Notes: generated by a model from the letters alone, not told the origin. Numbered from the stretch's first letter, positions 21,531 through 30,985 are shown. The stretch is 43,370 nt of DNA from Gemmatimonadales bacterium (GCA_035538175.1 DATLKW010000027.1:1-43370), one strand, 5' to 3'. Made by a program: numbers and translations.

Positions 21531-22918
21531 CGGGTGGGGGTGGCGGCCACGTCCCCCCCCACTAGCGCCTCCTCGATGCGCACGTGCGGCGCGCCCTCCG
21601 TGACCGGCAGGGGCGCCTGGCCCCCCTTCCCGCAGCCCCCGCCGATCTGGTTCCAGCGGAAATCCCCGGCGATGTGCTCGATCCGCTCGAGGGTCTGAAA
21701 CAGGTTGCCCGCGAGCACCACGTCCTTCACGAGCTCGGCGACCTGGCCGTTGCGGATCATGCGGCCGTACGCCGCCGTAAACGAAAAGTTCTCCAGGAGG
21801 GTCTGTCCCCCGAACGCGCCGCACGCGTACACGCCGAGGCGTACGTCGCGGATCAGGTCGTCGAAGGTGCCCCGCCCGTTCGCGATGTAGGTGTTGGTCA
21901 TCCGGACGATGGGCGGGTGGCGGAACGAGATGGCGCGGGCGTTCCCGGTGGGGCGCTCGCCCATCGTGGCGGCCGTTTCCCGCGAGTGCAGCCGACCCAC
22001 GAGGATCCCCTGCTCGATGAGGCGCGTGTCCTGTGTGGGCGTCCCTTCGTCGTCGAACGGCAGGGTCCCGCGCAAGCCGGGCGCCGCGCCGTTGTCGCCC
22101 ACGTTGAGCACCGGCCGCCCGAACCGCCGGCCGAGCGTCATCATGGCGCGCGCCTGAGGATTCTCGTACACGAAGTCCGCTTCCGAGAGGTGGCCGAACG
22201 CTTCGTGGATGAAGACGCCGGCGAGCTCGGGGTCGAGAATGACGGGGTAGGTGCCGCCGGTCACCATGGGCGCGTCGAGCAGCTGGACCGCCCGCTCGGC
22301 GGCCTCGCGGAAGCCACCGGCCTTGTCCTGCGCCGCGTGCCAGCCTCGGCGCAGCCCGATTGACTCGAGCCCCCGTTCGATCGTGCCGTCGCGGCGCGCG
22401 AGCGCGGAGCCCGACAGGGTCACCTCGGGCCGGAGCTCGTGCAGCGCGGTGCCCTCGGAATTGACGTACCAATACTCGCTGACCTCGTCACGATAGACCG
22501 CCGACGTGTCGACGATGCGGTCGCTCACGGCGAGCATCTCCCCGTTATACGCTTCGAGGAGGCGTTTCTTTTCGGCGATGGCGATCCCGCGCACGTCGCC
22601 GTCGAGGTCGAGAATCGCCTCCGCGCGCTGCGGGGCGACCTCGGCCAACCGGATGGGTGGCGTGACCCGCACGGCGCGCGAGAGTTCCGCAGCCCGCCGC
22701 ACCATGGCGTCGAGGCGGTCGAGGGAAGTGAAGGACGCCACGCCCCAGCCACCGCCGGGCGCGAGCACGCGGACGAAGCCGCCCTGGTCTTCACTCGCCG
22801 TGGCGGCCTCGAGCCGCCGGCCGCGGAAGGCCACGGTGCTGCTCCAGGTGCGTTCGAGGCGAATCTCAGTGTAGGCGGGGCGGGCGCGGGCGAGCGCCCC
22901 GGTGAGGCGGTCGATCAA
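21527..22918 (-). CDS. tldD: TldD-family metallopeptidase U62 subunit
   Basis: It carries HEAFGH (HExxxH) plus GNARAISFRHPPIVRMTNTYI and the GGCGKGGQ family motifs. TTG 22918 overlaps the stop of the upstream PRT gene (TTGA). Confidence 0.9.
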   Translation of the reverse strand: MIDRLTGALARARPAYTEIRLERTWSSTVAFRGRRLEAATASEDQGGFVRVLAPGGGWGVASFTSLDRLDAMVRRAAELSRAVRVTPPIRLAEVAPQRAEAILDLDGDVRGIAIAEKKRLLEAYNGEMLAVSDRIVDTSAVYRDEVSEYWYVNSEGTALHELRPEVTLSGSALARRDGTIERGLESIGLRRGWHAAQDKAGGFREAAERAVQLLDAPMVTGGTYPVILDPELAGVFIHEAFGHLSEADFVYENPQARAMMTLGRRFGRPVLNVGDNGAAPGLRGTLPFDDEGTPTQDTRLIEQGILVGRLHSRETAATMGERPTGNARAISFRHPPIVRMTNTYIANGRGTFDDLIRDVRLGVYACGAFGGQTLLENFSFTAAYGRMIRNGQVAELVKDVVLAGNLFQTLERIEHIAGDFRWNQIGGGCGKGGQAPLPVTEGAPHVRIEEALVGGDVAATPTR

Positions 22919-23475
22919 CCCCCGAGTTCCTTGAGCTTCGCGGCGTAGTCCGGGCGCATGACGATCTCCCCGCCGATGATCACTTCACGGTCCCAGGGGA
23001 GGATGATGAAGTTGTCCGTCTGCAGGGCATAGAAGTCGGGCTGGTAGTCGCCCGTGCGGAAGGAGACCGCCGTCTTCACGGCGGCGGGTTTGAGCTCGCG
23101 GACGGCGTTGAGGCCGAGCTTCATCGTGGCGCCGGTGTCACAGGTCTCGTCGACGATCAGTACCCGGCGGCCGCTCACGATGCGCGGTGGGCCGGCGATG
23201 ACGACGGGCCGCGCGCCGCTTTCGGTCCGCGTGATCGCCATCGACGCGAAGTCGCGCTGCAGGATGCTCGCCACCACCGCTCCGGGGATGACGCCCGCCC
23301 GGGCGATGCCGATCACGACGTCGGGGTCGTACTCGCGGAAAATCTTGAGGGCCAGCGCGCGGCACATCTCCCCGAAGAACGGCCAATCCACCTCGAGGAC
23401 GCCGTGGGGGGTCTTGCGGGCGACGCGCGTGACGCCGCTGTCGCGCGGGGGGGGCGTGCGGGGCGCGGCGGGCAT
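22915..23475 (-). CDS. Type I phosphoribosyltransferase (purine PRT-like)
   Basis: The PRPP-binding motif VLIVDETCDTGATM is present and the size (186 aa) is typical. Confidence 0.8.
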   Translation of the reverse strand: MPAAPRTPPPRDSGVTRVARKTPHGVLEVDWPFFGEMCRALALKIFREYDPDVVIGIARAGVIPGAVVASILQRDFASMAITRTESGARPVVIAGPPRIVSGRRVLIVDETCDTGATMKLGLNAVRELKPAAVKTAVSFRTGDYQPDFYALQTDNFIILPWDREVIIGGEIVMRPDYAAKLKELGG

Positions 23476-23527
23476 GGGGTGGGAAGCTACATTGCACAGT
23501 GAGTGAGCCGCAAGCTATTTTCGGCCC

Positions 23528-23986
23528 ATGGGTTTCTGGCGCCGCCTCTTCGGCGGCTCGAGCGCCGACGAGATCGCTCCGCAGCGGCTCGACTACCTCA
23601 ACGAGGCGCTCGCGCTCGAACGCCAGGGCGACTACGAGGCCGCCCTCACGTCATACCGTCTCGCGCTGCGCGACCATCCGAACGACGCTCGCATCCTGCA
23701 GAACATGGCCATCGCGTTCACCAAGACCCGACGCATCGACGAGGCGATCCGCCACTACCGGCGCGCCCTGGAACTCGAGCGCGATCTGGCCGGAGCGCAC
23801 TACGGGCTCGCCTTCCTGCTCCTCAAGCGCGGCGACCCGGACGGCGCCACGCAGCATCTGCGTGCCTTCCTCGCCCATCCCCCGAAGGGCCCGGACGCGC
23901 AGCGGTGGATCGAGCACGCAACCCAGGCGCTGCGCGACTTGGGCGCGTCGGGACCCGCCCAGGCCGCCGCGGCGGAGGCGCCCTGA
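23528..23986 (+). CDS. Tetratricopeptide repeat protein
   Basis: There are three or more TPR units (YEAALTSYRLALRDHPND, IDEAIRHYRRALELERD, AHYGLAFLLLKRGD). Confidence 0.75.
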   Translation: MGFWRRLFGGSSADEIAPQRLDYLNEALALERQGDYEAALTSYRLALRDHPNDARILQNMAIAFTKTRRIDEAIRHYRRALELERDLAGAHYGLAFLLLKRGDPDGATQHLRAFLAHPPKGPDAQRWIEHATQALRDLGASGPAQAAAAEAP

Positions 23987-24720
23987 CGGGCTGGCCTGCA
24001 GACCGGTGCAGCGTCGTCGTGCTCGTGCTCGCGGCGGCCGCGGCGTGCAAGCTCAGCCCGGATCTGGCGCAGGATGTCGCGATCGAGGTGACCACCCCCG
24101 ATAGCCTCGAGGAGTTCGCCGTGTTGAAGCCGCAGGCCTCGATCCTCACGGCGCGCGGCGGCTTCGATACGACCATCCCGGTCTTCTGGTTCTCGCCCGA
24201 CACCGCGATCCGGGTGACCGATAGCACCACCGGCTGGACGGTCGTTCGCGTCCCCGGAGCGACCGGACGGCTGTTCGCGCGGGGCGACGGCCTCCTCAGC
24301 AATCCGGTCACGATTCGCACGCTCGCGGCGGCGGACACGCTGTTTGCGGCCGGCCCGATCCGCGACAGCGTATCCGCGAGCAGTGCGCTCTCCGATTCGC
24401 TCAAGGTCGAGCTCGCCGACACCGTGCCGTCCTCGACCGGCGCGGACTCGCTGACGGTGCCCCTGGCGGGCCGCCCGGTGCTCTACCGCATCACGCACCC
24501 CGCGCCGGGCCCCGTCACGCTGGAAACGACGCCGGACACGGCGCGCGCCCTCGATACGTTGGCGCTGGCAGTGACAGGGGGGGCGGGGATTGCGTCCGTC
24601 AAAGTGCGGCTCCTCGCCGCGGCCCCGCCCGACAGCGTCGTCGTGGTCGCGAGTGCGTCGCGGGCGAGTGGCTCGCCGGTCCACGGCGTCGTCATTTTCA
24701 CCGTGAGGTTCCTGCCCTGA
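23983..24720 (+). CDS. Putative lipoprotein
   Basis: A lipobox LAAAAAC follows RCSVVVLVL, and the body is beta-rich and Thr/Ser/Val-rich. The only start giving a full signal peptide is CTG 23983, inside CTGA with the TPR stop. GTG 24019 would leave only 9 residues before the lipid-modified Cys. Confidence 0.5.
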   Translation: MTGWPADRCSVVVLVLAAAAACKLSPDLAQDVAIEVTTPDSLEEFAVLKPQASILTARGGFDTTIPVFWFSPDTAIRVTDSTTGWTVVRVPGATGRLFARGDGLLSNPVTIRTLAAADTLFAAGPIRDSVSASSALSDSLKVELADTVPSSTGADSLTVPLAGRPVLYRITHPAPGPVTLETTPDTARALDTLALAVTGGAGIASVKVRLLAAAPPDSVVVVASASRASGSPVHGVVIFTVRFLP

Positions 24721-24731
24721 CCGCCCGGACC

Positions 24732-26534
24732 TTGACGGAGCTCTTCTTCCAAGCGGTCGAGCGGTACGGCGACCATGCGGCCGCATTCCGCTACAAGGCG
24801 GACGGCGTGTGGCGCTCGGTCCCGCACCGCGAGGCGGCCGAACGCGTGGAGGCAATCGGGTGCGGGCTCCTCGAGCTCGGGCTCAAGCCCGGGGAGCGGG
24901 TGGCGATCCTCGCCGAGACGCGCCTCGAGTGGGCTCTCGTGGACTACGCGTCGCTCGCCGCCCGCGCGACCGACGTGCCCATCTATCCCACCCTCCCCGC
25001 GAACCAGGTCGAGTACATCCTGCGGGACTCGGGGGCGGTGATCGCGATTTGCTCGACGCCCACCCAGGTCGCGAAGCTCCGGGCGGTGCGGGCCGCGCTT
25101 CCGGCGCTCCGCCAGGTGATCGCCTTCGACGCGCGTCGTTCGGACGACGACGCGATCGCGCTCGCCGACCTCGAGGCGAGCGGGCGGCGGGCCGTCGGCC
25201 GGCATCCCCGATTCCGGGCGGAGGCCATCGCGGCCGCGCCCGACGACCTCGCGACCCTGATCTACACATCGGGGACGACGGGCCAGCCCAAGGGCGTGAT
25301 GCTCAGTCACAGCAACATTTGCTCCAACGTCGAGGCCTGCCTCGAGGTGCTGCGGGTGAGCGCGACCGACGGATGCCTCGCCGTGTTGCCGTTGTCGCAC
25401 ATCTTCGAGCGGATGGTGGACTACTACTTCTTGCACGCGGGCGTGACGATCACCTACGCGGAGTCCATCGACGCGTTCGCGCAGAATCTCATGGAGGTAC
25501 GACCCGAGGTGGTGGTGGGCGTGCCGCGGCTGTACGAGAAAGTGTACGCCCGTGTGCTCGAGAACGCGCTCAACGGCGGTGCCCTTAAGCGACGGATCTT
25601 CCTGTGGGCGAAGCGCGTCGGGGAACAATGGGCTGCCCACCGGCTGGCCGGCGTGTCGGCGCCGCTCGGGCTCGGCGCGCGGCACGCGATTGCCGACCGG
25701 CTGGTGTTTCGCAAGCTCCGGGCCCGCACCGGCGGTCGTATCAAGCTGTTCGTGTCCGGGGGGGCGCCTCTCTCCGCCGAGATCGGCCGATTCTTCTACA
25801 GTGCGGGGCTCCTCATCCTGGAGGGGTACGGGCTCACGGAGACCTCCCCCGTGCTGACGTTGAATCCGCCCGAGCGACCGAAGTTCGGGACGGTCGGCAA
25901 GCCGGTGCCGGGCGTCCGCGTCACGCTCGCGTCTGACGCCGAGATCCTCGTCAAGGGCCCGAACGTGATGCGCGGCTACTACAACCTCCCCGACGCCACG
26001 CGCGAGGCCATCGACGCCGAGGGGTGGTTCCACACGGGGGACATCGGCGAACTCGATGCCGATGGCTACCTGCGCGTGACCGACCGGAAGAAGGACCTCT
26101 TGAAGACGGCCGGGGGGAAGTACATTGCGCCGCAGCCGATCGAAAACCTGGTGCGCCTGAACAAGTTCGTCGCGAATGCCGTGGTGCTCGGCGACCAGCG
26201 CAAGTTTCCGATCATTCTGGTGGTGCCGAACTTCGACGCCCTGGAGCCGTGGGCATCTCAGCGGAACCTCGCCTACACGTCCCGCGCCGAGCTCATCGGG
26301 CTCGCCGACGTGCGCGCCAAGATGGAGCGCGAAGTGATCGGGGAGCTCCGCGAGCTCGCCAAGTACGAGATGCCGAAGAAAGTGGTCTTGACGGAGCGGG
26401 ACTTTACGATCGACTCCGGCGAGCTCACGCCGTCGCTCAAGGTGAAGCGCCGTCAGGTGGAGCGGAACTACAAGGCAGTCATCGACCGCGTCTACGCGGA
26501 GGCCGACCCCACGGCCGCCGCGATCGAAGCGTGA
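24732..26534 (+). CDS. Long-chain-fatty-acid--CoA ligase (AMP-dependent synthetase)
   Basis: AMP-binding motif LIYTSGTTGQPKGV, GYGLTETS, WFHTGDIG and KDLLKTAGGKYIAPQ are present. The start is TTG. Confidence 0.9.
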   Translation: MTELFFQAVERYGDHAAAFRYKADGVWRSVPHREAAERVEAIGCGLLELGLKPGERVAILAETRLEWALVDYASLAARATDVPIYPTLPANQVEYILRDSGAVIAICSTPTQVAKLRAVRAALPALRQVIAFDARRSDDDAIALADLEASGRRAVGRHPRFRAEAIAAAPDDLATLIYTSGTTGQPKGVMLSHSNICSNVEACLEVLRVSATDGCLAVLPLSHIFERMVDYYFLHAGVTITYAESIDAFAQNLMEVRPEVVVGVPRLYEKVYARVLENALNGGALKRRIFLWAKRVGEQWAAHRLAGVSAPLGLGARHAIADRLVFRKLRARTGGRIKLFVSGGAPLSAEIGRFFYSAGLLILEGYGLTETSPVLTLNPPERPKFGTVGKPVPGVRVTLASDAEILVKGPNVMRGYYNLPDATREAIDAEGWFHTGDIGELDADGYLRVTDRKKDLLKTAGGKYIAPQPIENLVRLNKFVANAVVLGDQRKFPIILVVPNFDALEPWASQRNLAYTSRAELIGLADVRAKMEREVIGELRELAKYEMPKKVVLTERDFTIDSGELTPSLKVKRRQVERNYKAVIDRVYAEADPTAAAIEA

Positions 26535-26535
26535 G

Positions 26536-27156
26536 TCAGCGTCGCTCCCCGACGAGCAGCCCCTGCCCCGCCGCGAGTCGGGCGAGCCCCACGGGCAGCT
26601 GCACATCGTCGCCTTCGACCGCGACGCGCCGGCCTGGGAGCACGACCCGCCGGGCCTCCGCAACCCACGCCGACGCGAGGTAATCCGGTCCTACCACCGC
26701 CGCGCGGGCGATCGCGTGACGCAGCGGAATCATCGTGTCGCACACGAGCAAGCTCAGCACCGGGAGCTCTTCCACGTCCGGCGGCGCGTTGACGCCGACG
26801 AAATGAATGCCACCCATTAGCCCCGCCAATCCCACGGCGTGCCGGGCCGCCGCGCCGAGGAGGACGACGTACCCGCCCGGGCCCGAGAGGTCGAGCAGCG
26901 CCTGGAGCGTGGGGGGATCCACGGGCGGACGGGGCGCGGCCGCGGCGGCCGGCGTGGCGAGCGCCTTCTGGCCGCCGGGCGCGGGGTGCGAAAACGTGAC
27001 GACGCCCCGTACGATCGGAAACTCGCGTCGACAGACCGGGCATCCCAGCATCCCCGAGCGCACCATGCGCCCGAGCATCTCGCCGGTCGAGAGCACGAGG
27101 AACGCTTCCGCGTGGGGCTCCGGGCAGCGCACCATCTCCGTCAGCTCGATGTGCAT
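26536..27156 (-). CDS. Hypothetical protein: Trm112-like zinc-ribbon N-terminus plus Rossmann-like C-terminal half
   Basis: The N-terminus VRCPEPH...LGCPVCRREFPIVRGVVTF fits the Trm112/DUF343 pattern. The remainder has a LLDLSGPGGYVVLLG strand-loop but no clear SAM motif. Confidence 0.5.
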   Translation of the reverse strand: MHIELTEMVRCPEPHAEAFLVLSTGEMLGRMVRSGMLGCPVCRREFPIVRGVVTFSHPAPGGQKALATPAAAAAPRPPVDPPTLQALLDLSGPGGYVVLLGAAARHAVGLAGLMGGIHFVGVNAPPDVEELPVLSLLVCDTMIPLRHAIARAAVVGPDYLASAWVAEARRVVLPGRRVAVEGDDVQLPVGLARLAAGQGLLVGERR

Positions 27157-27167
27157 CGCGCCGCCAG

Positions 27168-27887
27168 TCAGCCGCGCGCGGCGTAGACGGTCGGCATGAG
27201 ACGAATCTCCGTCACGTCGAGGTGGGGCGGCTGGGTGACGGCGTAGAGCACCGCGGCCGCGACGTCATCCGCCCGCATCATATCCCGGCGCTTCGTAAAG
27301 CCCGGCCGGCCATCTGGGTCCACGGGGTCCCAGATGGGGGTATCGACGGGGCCGGGGGAGATCAGGGTCGTGCGGACGCCGGTGCGGGAGAGTTCGGCGC
27401 GCAAGACCTCGTGCATGCCCCGCAGGCCGTACTTGCTCGCCGCGTAGGCGGTGGAGCCGGTGTAGGGCACGTGGTCGGAGACCGAGCCGATGGTCACCAG
27501 GTGCCCCGTGCCCCGCGCGACGAAATGCGGCACGAAGGCGTGGGCGATGTGGAACGCGCCAGCGAGATTGACGCTGAGGGTCCGTGCGAAGTCCTCCGCG
27601 GTCGTCTCGGCAACGGGCTTGATGAAAAACATGCCGGCATTGTTGACGACGACATCGGGGACCCCGCGCTCCGCGAGGATGCGGCCCGCCACCCGCGTCA
27701 CGGCCGCGGGGTCGGCGACGTCACACTGCAGGTCGGTGCGCCGGTCGGCGGAGCCGTCGCGGAGGCTGCGCGCCAGTCGCACGACGTGCGCGCCCGCGAC
27801 CTGCAGTTTCTCTGCGACCGCGTGTCCGATCCCGTGCGACGCGCCCGTGACGACCGCGACCCTGCCAACGAGCGGCGCGGCGTTCAC
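27168..27887 (-). CDS. Short-chain dehydrogenase/reductase
   Basis: [15 protein letters not shown] (TGxxxGxG), NNAG and YAASK (YxxxK) are present. GTG 27887 overlaps the folE stop. Confidence 0.88.
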   Translation of the reverse strand: MNAAPLVGRVAVVTGASHGIGHAVAEKLQVAGAHVVRLARSLRDGSADRRTDLQCDVADPAAVTRVAGRILAERGVPDVVVNNAGMFFIKPVAETTAEDFARTLSVNLAGAFHIAHAFVPHFVARGTGHLVTIGSVSDHVPYTGSTAYAASKYGLRGMHEVLRAELSRTGVRTTLISPGPVDTPIWDPVDPDGRPGFTKRRDMMRADDVAAAVLYAVTQPPHLDVTEIRLMPTVYAARG

Positions 27888-28549
27888 TCCCGAGCCCGGC
27901 CGCTGTGCACCAGACGCAGGAACTCGTCGCGGGTACGCGCATCCTGGAGCAGGGCGCCGCGCAACGCACTCGTCACTGTTTTCGAATTCTGCTTCTCGAC
28001 TCCCCGCATCATCATGCAGAGGTGGTACGCTTCGATGACCACACCCACGCCGCGGGGATCGAGGACCTCCATCAACGCATCGGCCACCTGATCGGTGAGC
28101 CGCTCTTGCACCTGGAGTCGGCGGGCGAACACCTCGATGACGCGCGGGATTTTCGAGAGGCCGACGAGGCGACCGTTCGGGAGGTACGCCACGTGCGCAC
28201 GGCCGAAAAACGGCAGGAGGTGGTGCTCGCACAGGGAGTAGATCTCGATGTCGCGCACGCAGACCAGGTTTTCGTGGCGTTCGCTGTAGAGGGCATCGCC
28301 GATGACGTCCGCCACGGACATGTGGTAGCCCCGGGTGAGCCAGCTGAGCGACGCCGTGACGCGCGCCGGCGTTTGCTTGAGCCCCTCGCGCGCCGGATCC
28401 TCGCCGAGCTGGGTGAGCATCTCCCGCACCAGCGCTTCGAACGGTGCCCGGGTCGTGGGGGCGGACGACGGGTGCGCGGGCTCGAGGGGGTTCGCCGGCT
28501 CTTTGCGGAGGCCGTGGAGGCTCGCCGCCTTGATTTTCTCGTGTCCCAT
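27884..28549 (-). CDS. folE: GTP cyclohydrolase I
   Basis: [41 protein letters not shown] and HLCMMMRGV are present. Confidence 0.95.
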   Translation of the reverse strand: MGHEKIKAASLHGLRKEPANPLEPAHPSSAPTTRAPFEALVREMLTQLGEDPAREGLKQTPARVTASLSWLTRGYHMSVADVIGDALYSERHENLVCVRDIEIYSLCEHHLLPFFGRAHVAYLPNGRLVGLSKIPRVIEVFARRLQVQERLTDQVADALMEVLDPRGVGVVIEAYHLCMMMRGVEKQNSKTVTSALRGALLQDARTRDEFLRLVHSGRARE

Positions 28550-28588
28550 GCTTGTTGGCCCTCCGGGCCAGGACTATTTTCGGCGCCC

Positions 28589-29800
28589 GTGAAGCTAAAG
28601 GTACTCGCTTTTCTCTCACCCGGAGCCGCCGCCGCGGTGTCCGCGCTGTGGACGTTCCCCTGCATGCTCGCGTCGGCGTTCCTCGTCACCTGGGGCGCCG
28701 AGGCCGCCCAATTGTTGCGCTCGCAGGGTCTGGCGCTCGCCATCTTGGCGTGGCTGCAGACGCTCCCGGAGTTCGCGGTGGAGGCGGTCATCGCGTGGGA
28801 GGCGGGGCGCGATCCCGCGCGGGCCCACCTCGCGATCGCCAACCTGACCGGGGCGATCCGTCTGCTGTTCGGCCTCGCGTGGCCCATGATTTACGTCGTG
28901 TTCGCGGTCGCCGGATGGCGCGGCGGCGGCCGACGGTTCCCCACGATCCCGCTCGGGCGCGAGCACGCCGTCGAGATCGTCGCCCTCACCCCGCCGCTCC
29001 TCTACGTGGGCCTGATTCTGTGGCGCGGCCGCTTTGGGTGGGGGGATGCACTCGTGCTCCTCGCGTGCTACGTCGCCTACCTGTGGGCCCTCTTGCGGGG
29101 CCCATCCACGGCGACCGCGGACCCCGCCGACGCTCCCGCCGTCTCCCGCTGGGCGTACGCGCGGCGCGGCTGGCGGCGGCCGGCCGCGATCACGGCCCTG
29201 TTCGGCGTGGGCGGCGCCCTGCTGTTCGTGACCGTACACCCGTTCCTCGACGCGATGCTGGCGCTCGCCGGCGCGTTGGGCGTCAGCCAATTCGTGTTCG
29301 TGCAGTGGATGGCGCCGTTCCTGTCGGAGTTCCCCGAGAAGGTGTCGGCCTTTTATTGGGCGCGGCGCGTCACGCACGCGCCCATGGCGCTGATGAACAT
29401 CGTCTCCAGCAATGTCAACCAATGGACGGTGCTCGCCGCGATGATCCCTCTCGTGTTCGGGTACTCGAGCTTCAGGCATCACGGCGCGTGGAGCGCGTTT
29501 CAGTTCGATCAGGCGCAGCGGCTCGAGATCTTGCTGACGCTGCTCCAGAGCGGGGTCGCGCTGCTCGTCGCGGCGAAGCTCGAGTTCTCCTGGCTGGACG
29601 CCGCCGCGCTCTTCGCGCTGTGGCTCGCGCAGTTTCTCCGACCGGGGTTGCGCGAGTTGGTGTCCTTGGTCTACGCGGGATGGATGGCGATGCTCGCCCT
29701 GCAGTTTGCGACGGGCCGTCGACCGTTCCGCGTGGCGAGGTATTTCTGGCAGTCGGTCGCGTCACCCGGGCGAAAAAGCGATCGGCCGGAACCGCTGTAA
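28589..29800 (+). CDS. Cation/Ca2+ exchanger (CaCA)-like membrane protein
   Basis: It is polytopic, with two alpha-repeat-like elements (LQTLPEFAVEAV and APFLSEFPEKV) and SSNVNQW. The start is uncertain (GTG 28589). Confidence 0.6.
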   Translation: MKLKVLAFLSPGAAAAVSALWTFPCMLASAFLVTWGAEAAQLLRSQGLALAILAWLQTLPEFAVEAVIAWEAGRDPARAHLAIANLTGAIRLLFGLAWPMIYVVFAVAGWRGGGRRFPTIPLGREHAVEIVALTPPLLYVGLILWRGRFGWGDALVLLACYVAYLWALLRGPSTATADPADAPAVSRWAYARRGWRRPAAITALFGVGGALLFVTVHPFLDAMLALAGALGVSQFVFVQWMAPFLSEFPEKVSAFYWARRVTHAPMALMNIVSSNVNQWTVLAAMIPLVFGYSSFRHHGAWSAFQFDQAQRLEILLTLLQSGVALLVAAKLEFSWLDAAALFALWLAQFLRPGLRELVSLVYAGWMAMLALQFATGRRPFRVARYFWQSVASPGRKSDRPEPL

Positions 29801-29953
29801 CGCATCCCGGCCGACCGTACCTCAGGAACGGAGAGGATTATTGAAGCCCGAACCGAAGCACTGGTCCCTCACCATGGCGTCTGCCTTCCCCCCGAGGGGG
29901 CCTGACATCGGTCACAGTATCTGGGTCCACGATCGAGCCTGTTGGCTCAATAA

Positions 29954-29981
29954 TTGTTCTCCCCGTTCCTGGTAGTAGAAT
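29954..29981 (+). promoter_or_regulatory. Sigma70-like promoter candidate for the small membrane protein gene
   Basis: TTGTTC (29954-29959), a 16-nt spacer, then TAGAAT (29976-29981), in a low-GC intergenic stretch about 70 nt upstream of ATG 30053. Confidence 0.25.
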
Positions 29982-30052
29982 ACAGCGGGGTACTCGAACG
30001 TCAAGCAATGGCGTCACGCCTTCGCGGGGCGCCGCCGCGCGGGGGAATTGAC

Positions 30053-30214
30053 ATGAATCTCACGCTGCTCGTCGCCGTGGGGCTGTTGCTGCTGTGGGCT
30101 GGGCTGGTCTTCGTTGCACATCAGGGAGCCGGGCCGGTGCATCTGCTCTACGCCGTTGGCATCATCCTCGTGGCCCGTCGGATCATTGTGGGAGCGCCGA
30201 GCTTCCGGTCGTAG
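30053..30214 (+). CDS. lmo0937-family small two-helix membrane protein
   Basis: A 53-aa product, MNLTLLVAVGLLLLWAGLVFV...GPVHLLYAVGIILVARRII, fits the family pattern of two TM helices and a basic tail. GGGGGAA lies 5 nt upstream of the ATG. Confidence 0.65.
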   Translation: MNLTLLVAVGLLLLWAGLVFVAHQGAGPVHLLYAVGIILVARRIIVGAPSFRS

Positions 30215-30262
30215 GGCCTGCCGCCCCGGGCCGCCCTCGAGCACGTACGCCCACCGGTCGGG

Positions 30263-30811
30263 CTACTTCCCTCTGAACGTTATGCCGACCGTGATAGGGA
30301 TGAACTTGGTCGATCCACCACTCTCTTGAATGCTCACATACCGCGCCTCGGCGAAGAAGCGCGCCGGACCCGCCCCAAAGGTCGCTCCCCCTCCCACGTC
30401 CCACGTGAATTTGGTCTCAGACGTGTCGACACCGAACGAGGAATTGTGATTTTGAAGTTGTAGAGCCCGCCCCCGCCGAGCAGGTACGGCTTTATCATGG
30501 GTGCCGCCGACGGGATGTTCCAGACGAGATTGGCGAGGCCGCCTAAGAGCTGACTGTGTCCTTGGAGATTGCTTTGGTGTGTAGTCTGCCCAAACAGCGC
30601 GTCCAAGCGCACGGCTAGTGGCGACATCGGGATGCGGAAGTCGACCTTGCCGAGCAGGTGCCAGCCCATATTGTCGGCATTCGCGTAGTCGCTAACCGGG
30701 CGCGAGCAATCCCCCGCCGATCCCGTAGCGCGCACTCTGTGCCTGGGCGACGCGCGCCGATCCCAGACACGCCAAGCCAATCGAGAAGGCACCGAGGAGA
30801 AGGCGCTTCAT
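30263..30811 (-). pseudogene. Outer-membrane beta-barrel protein gene interrupted by two frameshifts
   Basis: ATG 30811 has a GGAGGG RBS and a signal peptide MKRLLLGAFSIGLACLGSARVAQAQ. That frame stops at 30692-30694. The barrel continues in a second frame (VSDYANADNMGWHLLGKVDF...YLLGGGGLYNFK), then in a third frame (NSSFGVDTSETKFTWDVGGGATFGAGPARFFAEARYVSIQESGGSTKFIPITVGITFRGK, stop 30263-30265). The shifts lie near 30697 (CCCGG run) and near 30450 (T4 run). Confidence 0.7.
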
Positions 30812-30985
30812 GAACCCTCCGGTAATGGAAGACGTGCCTACCGCAGCGCGCCCCATGATTGGAAGTTCGATCGCGAAACGCAAGCGACGGAGCTAGAAGG
30901 GGGGCGCCGAGGGAGCCGGCGCGGGGGGGGTACCCCCTCGGGGAATCGGGGCCTCCTGCGCGTCGCGCTCGACGATCGGCGACGG

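Noticed and set aside
20202-22472. A 756-aa ORF suggesting a giant PmbA fusion protein. Similar long N-terminal extensions appear for the aminotransferase (to 41742), the SDR (to 28619), the nurA-like gene (to 38689) and ccmH (to 5943).
   Set aside because: The extensions overlap the upstream gene in another frame and are compositionally junk. A GTG or ATG exactly at the upstream stop, or with an RBS, yields the homologous N-terminus.
29874-29975. A small 33-codon ORF (MASAFPPRGPDIGHSIWVHDRACWLNNCSPRSW) in the long intergenic spacer.
   Set aside because: It has no RBS, its third-position composition is unlike the surrounding genes, and it has no recognisable motif. It is more likely non-coding leader or promoter DNA.
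30926-30937. The perfect palindrome GGGGGTACCCCC and the nearby CCCCCTCGGGG downstream of the GNAT gene, considered as an operon terminator.
   Set aside because: As RNA it can form only a 3-4 bp stem once a loop is allowed, and no U-tract follows. That is too weak to call.
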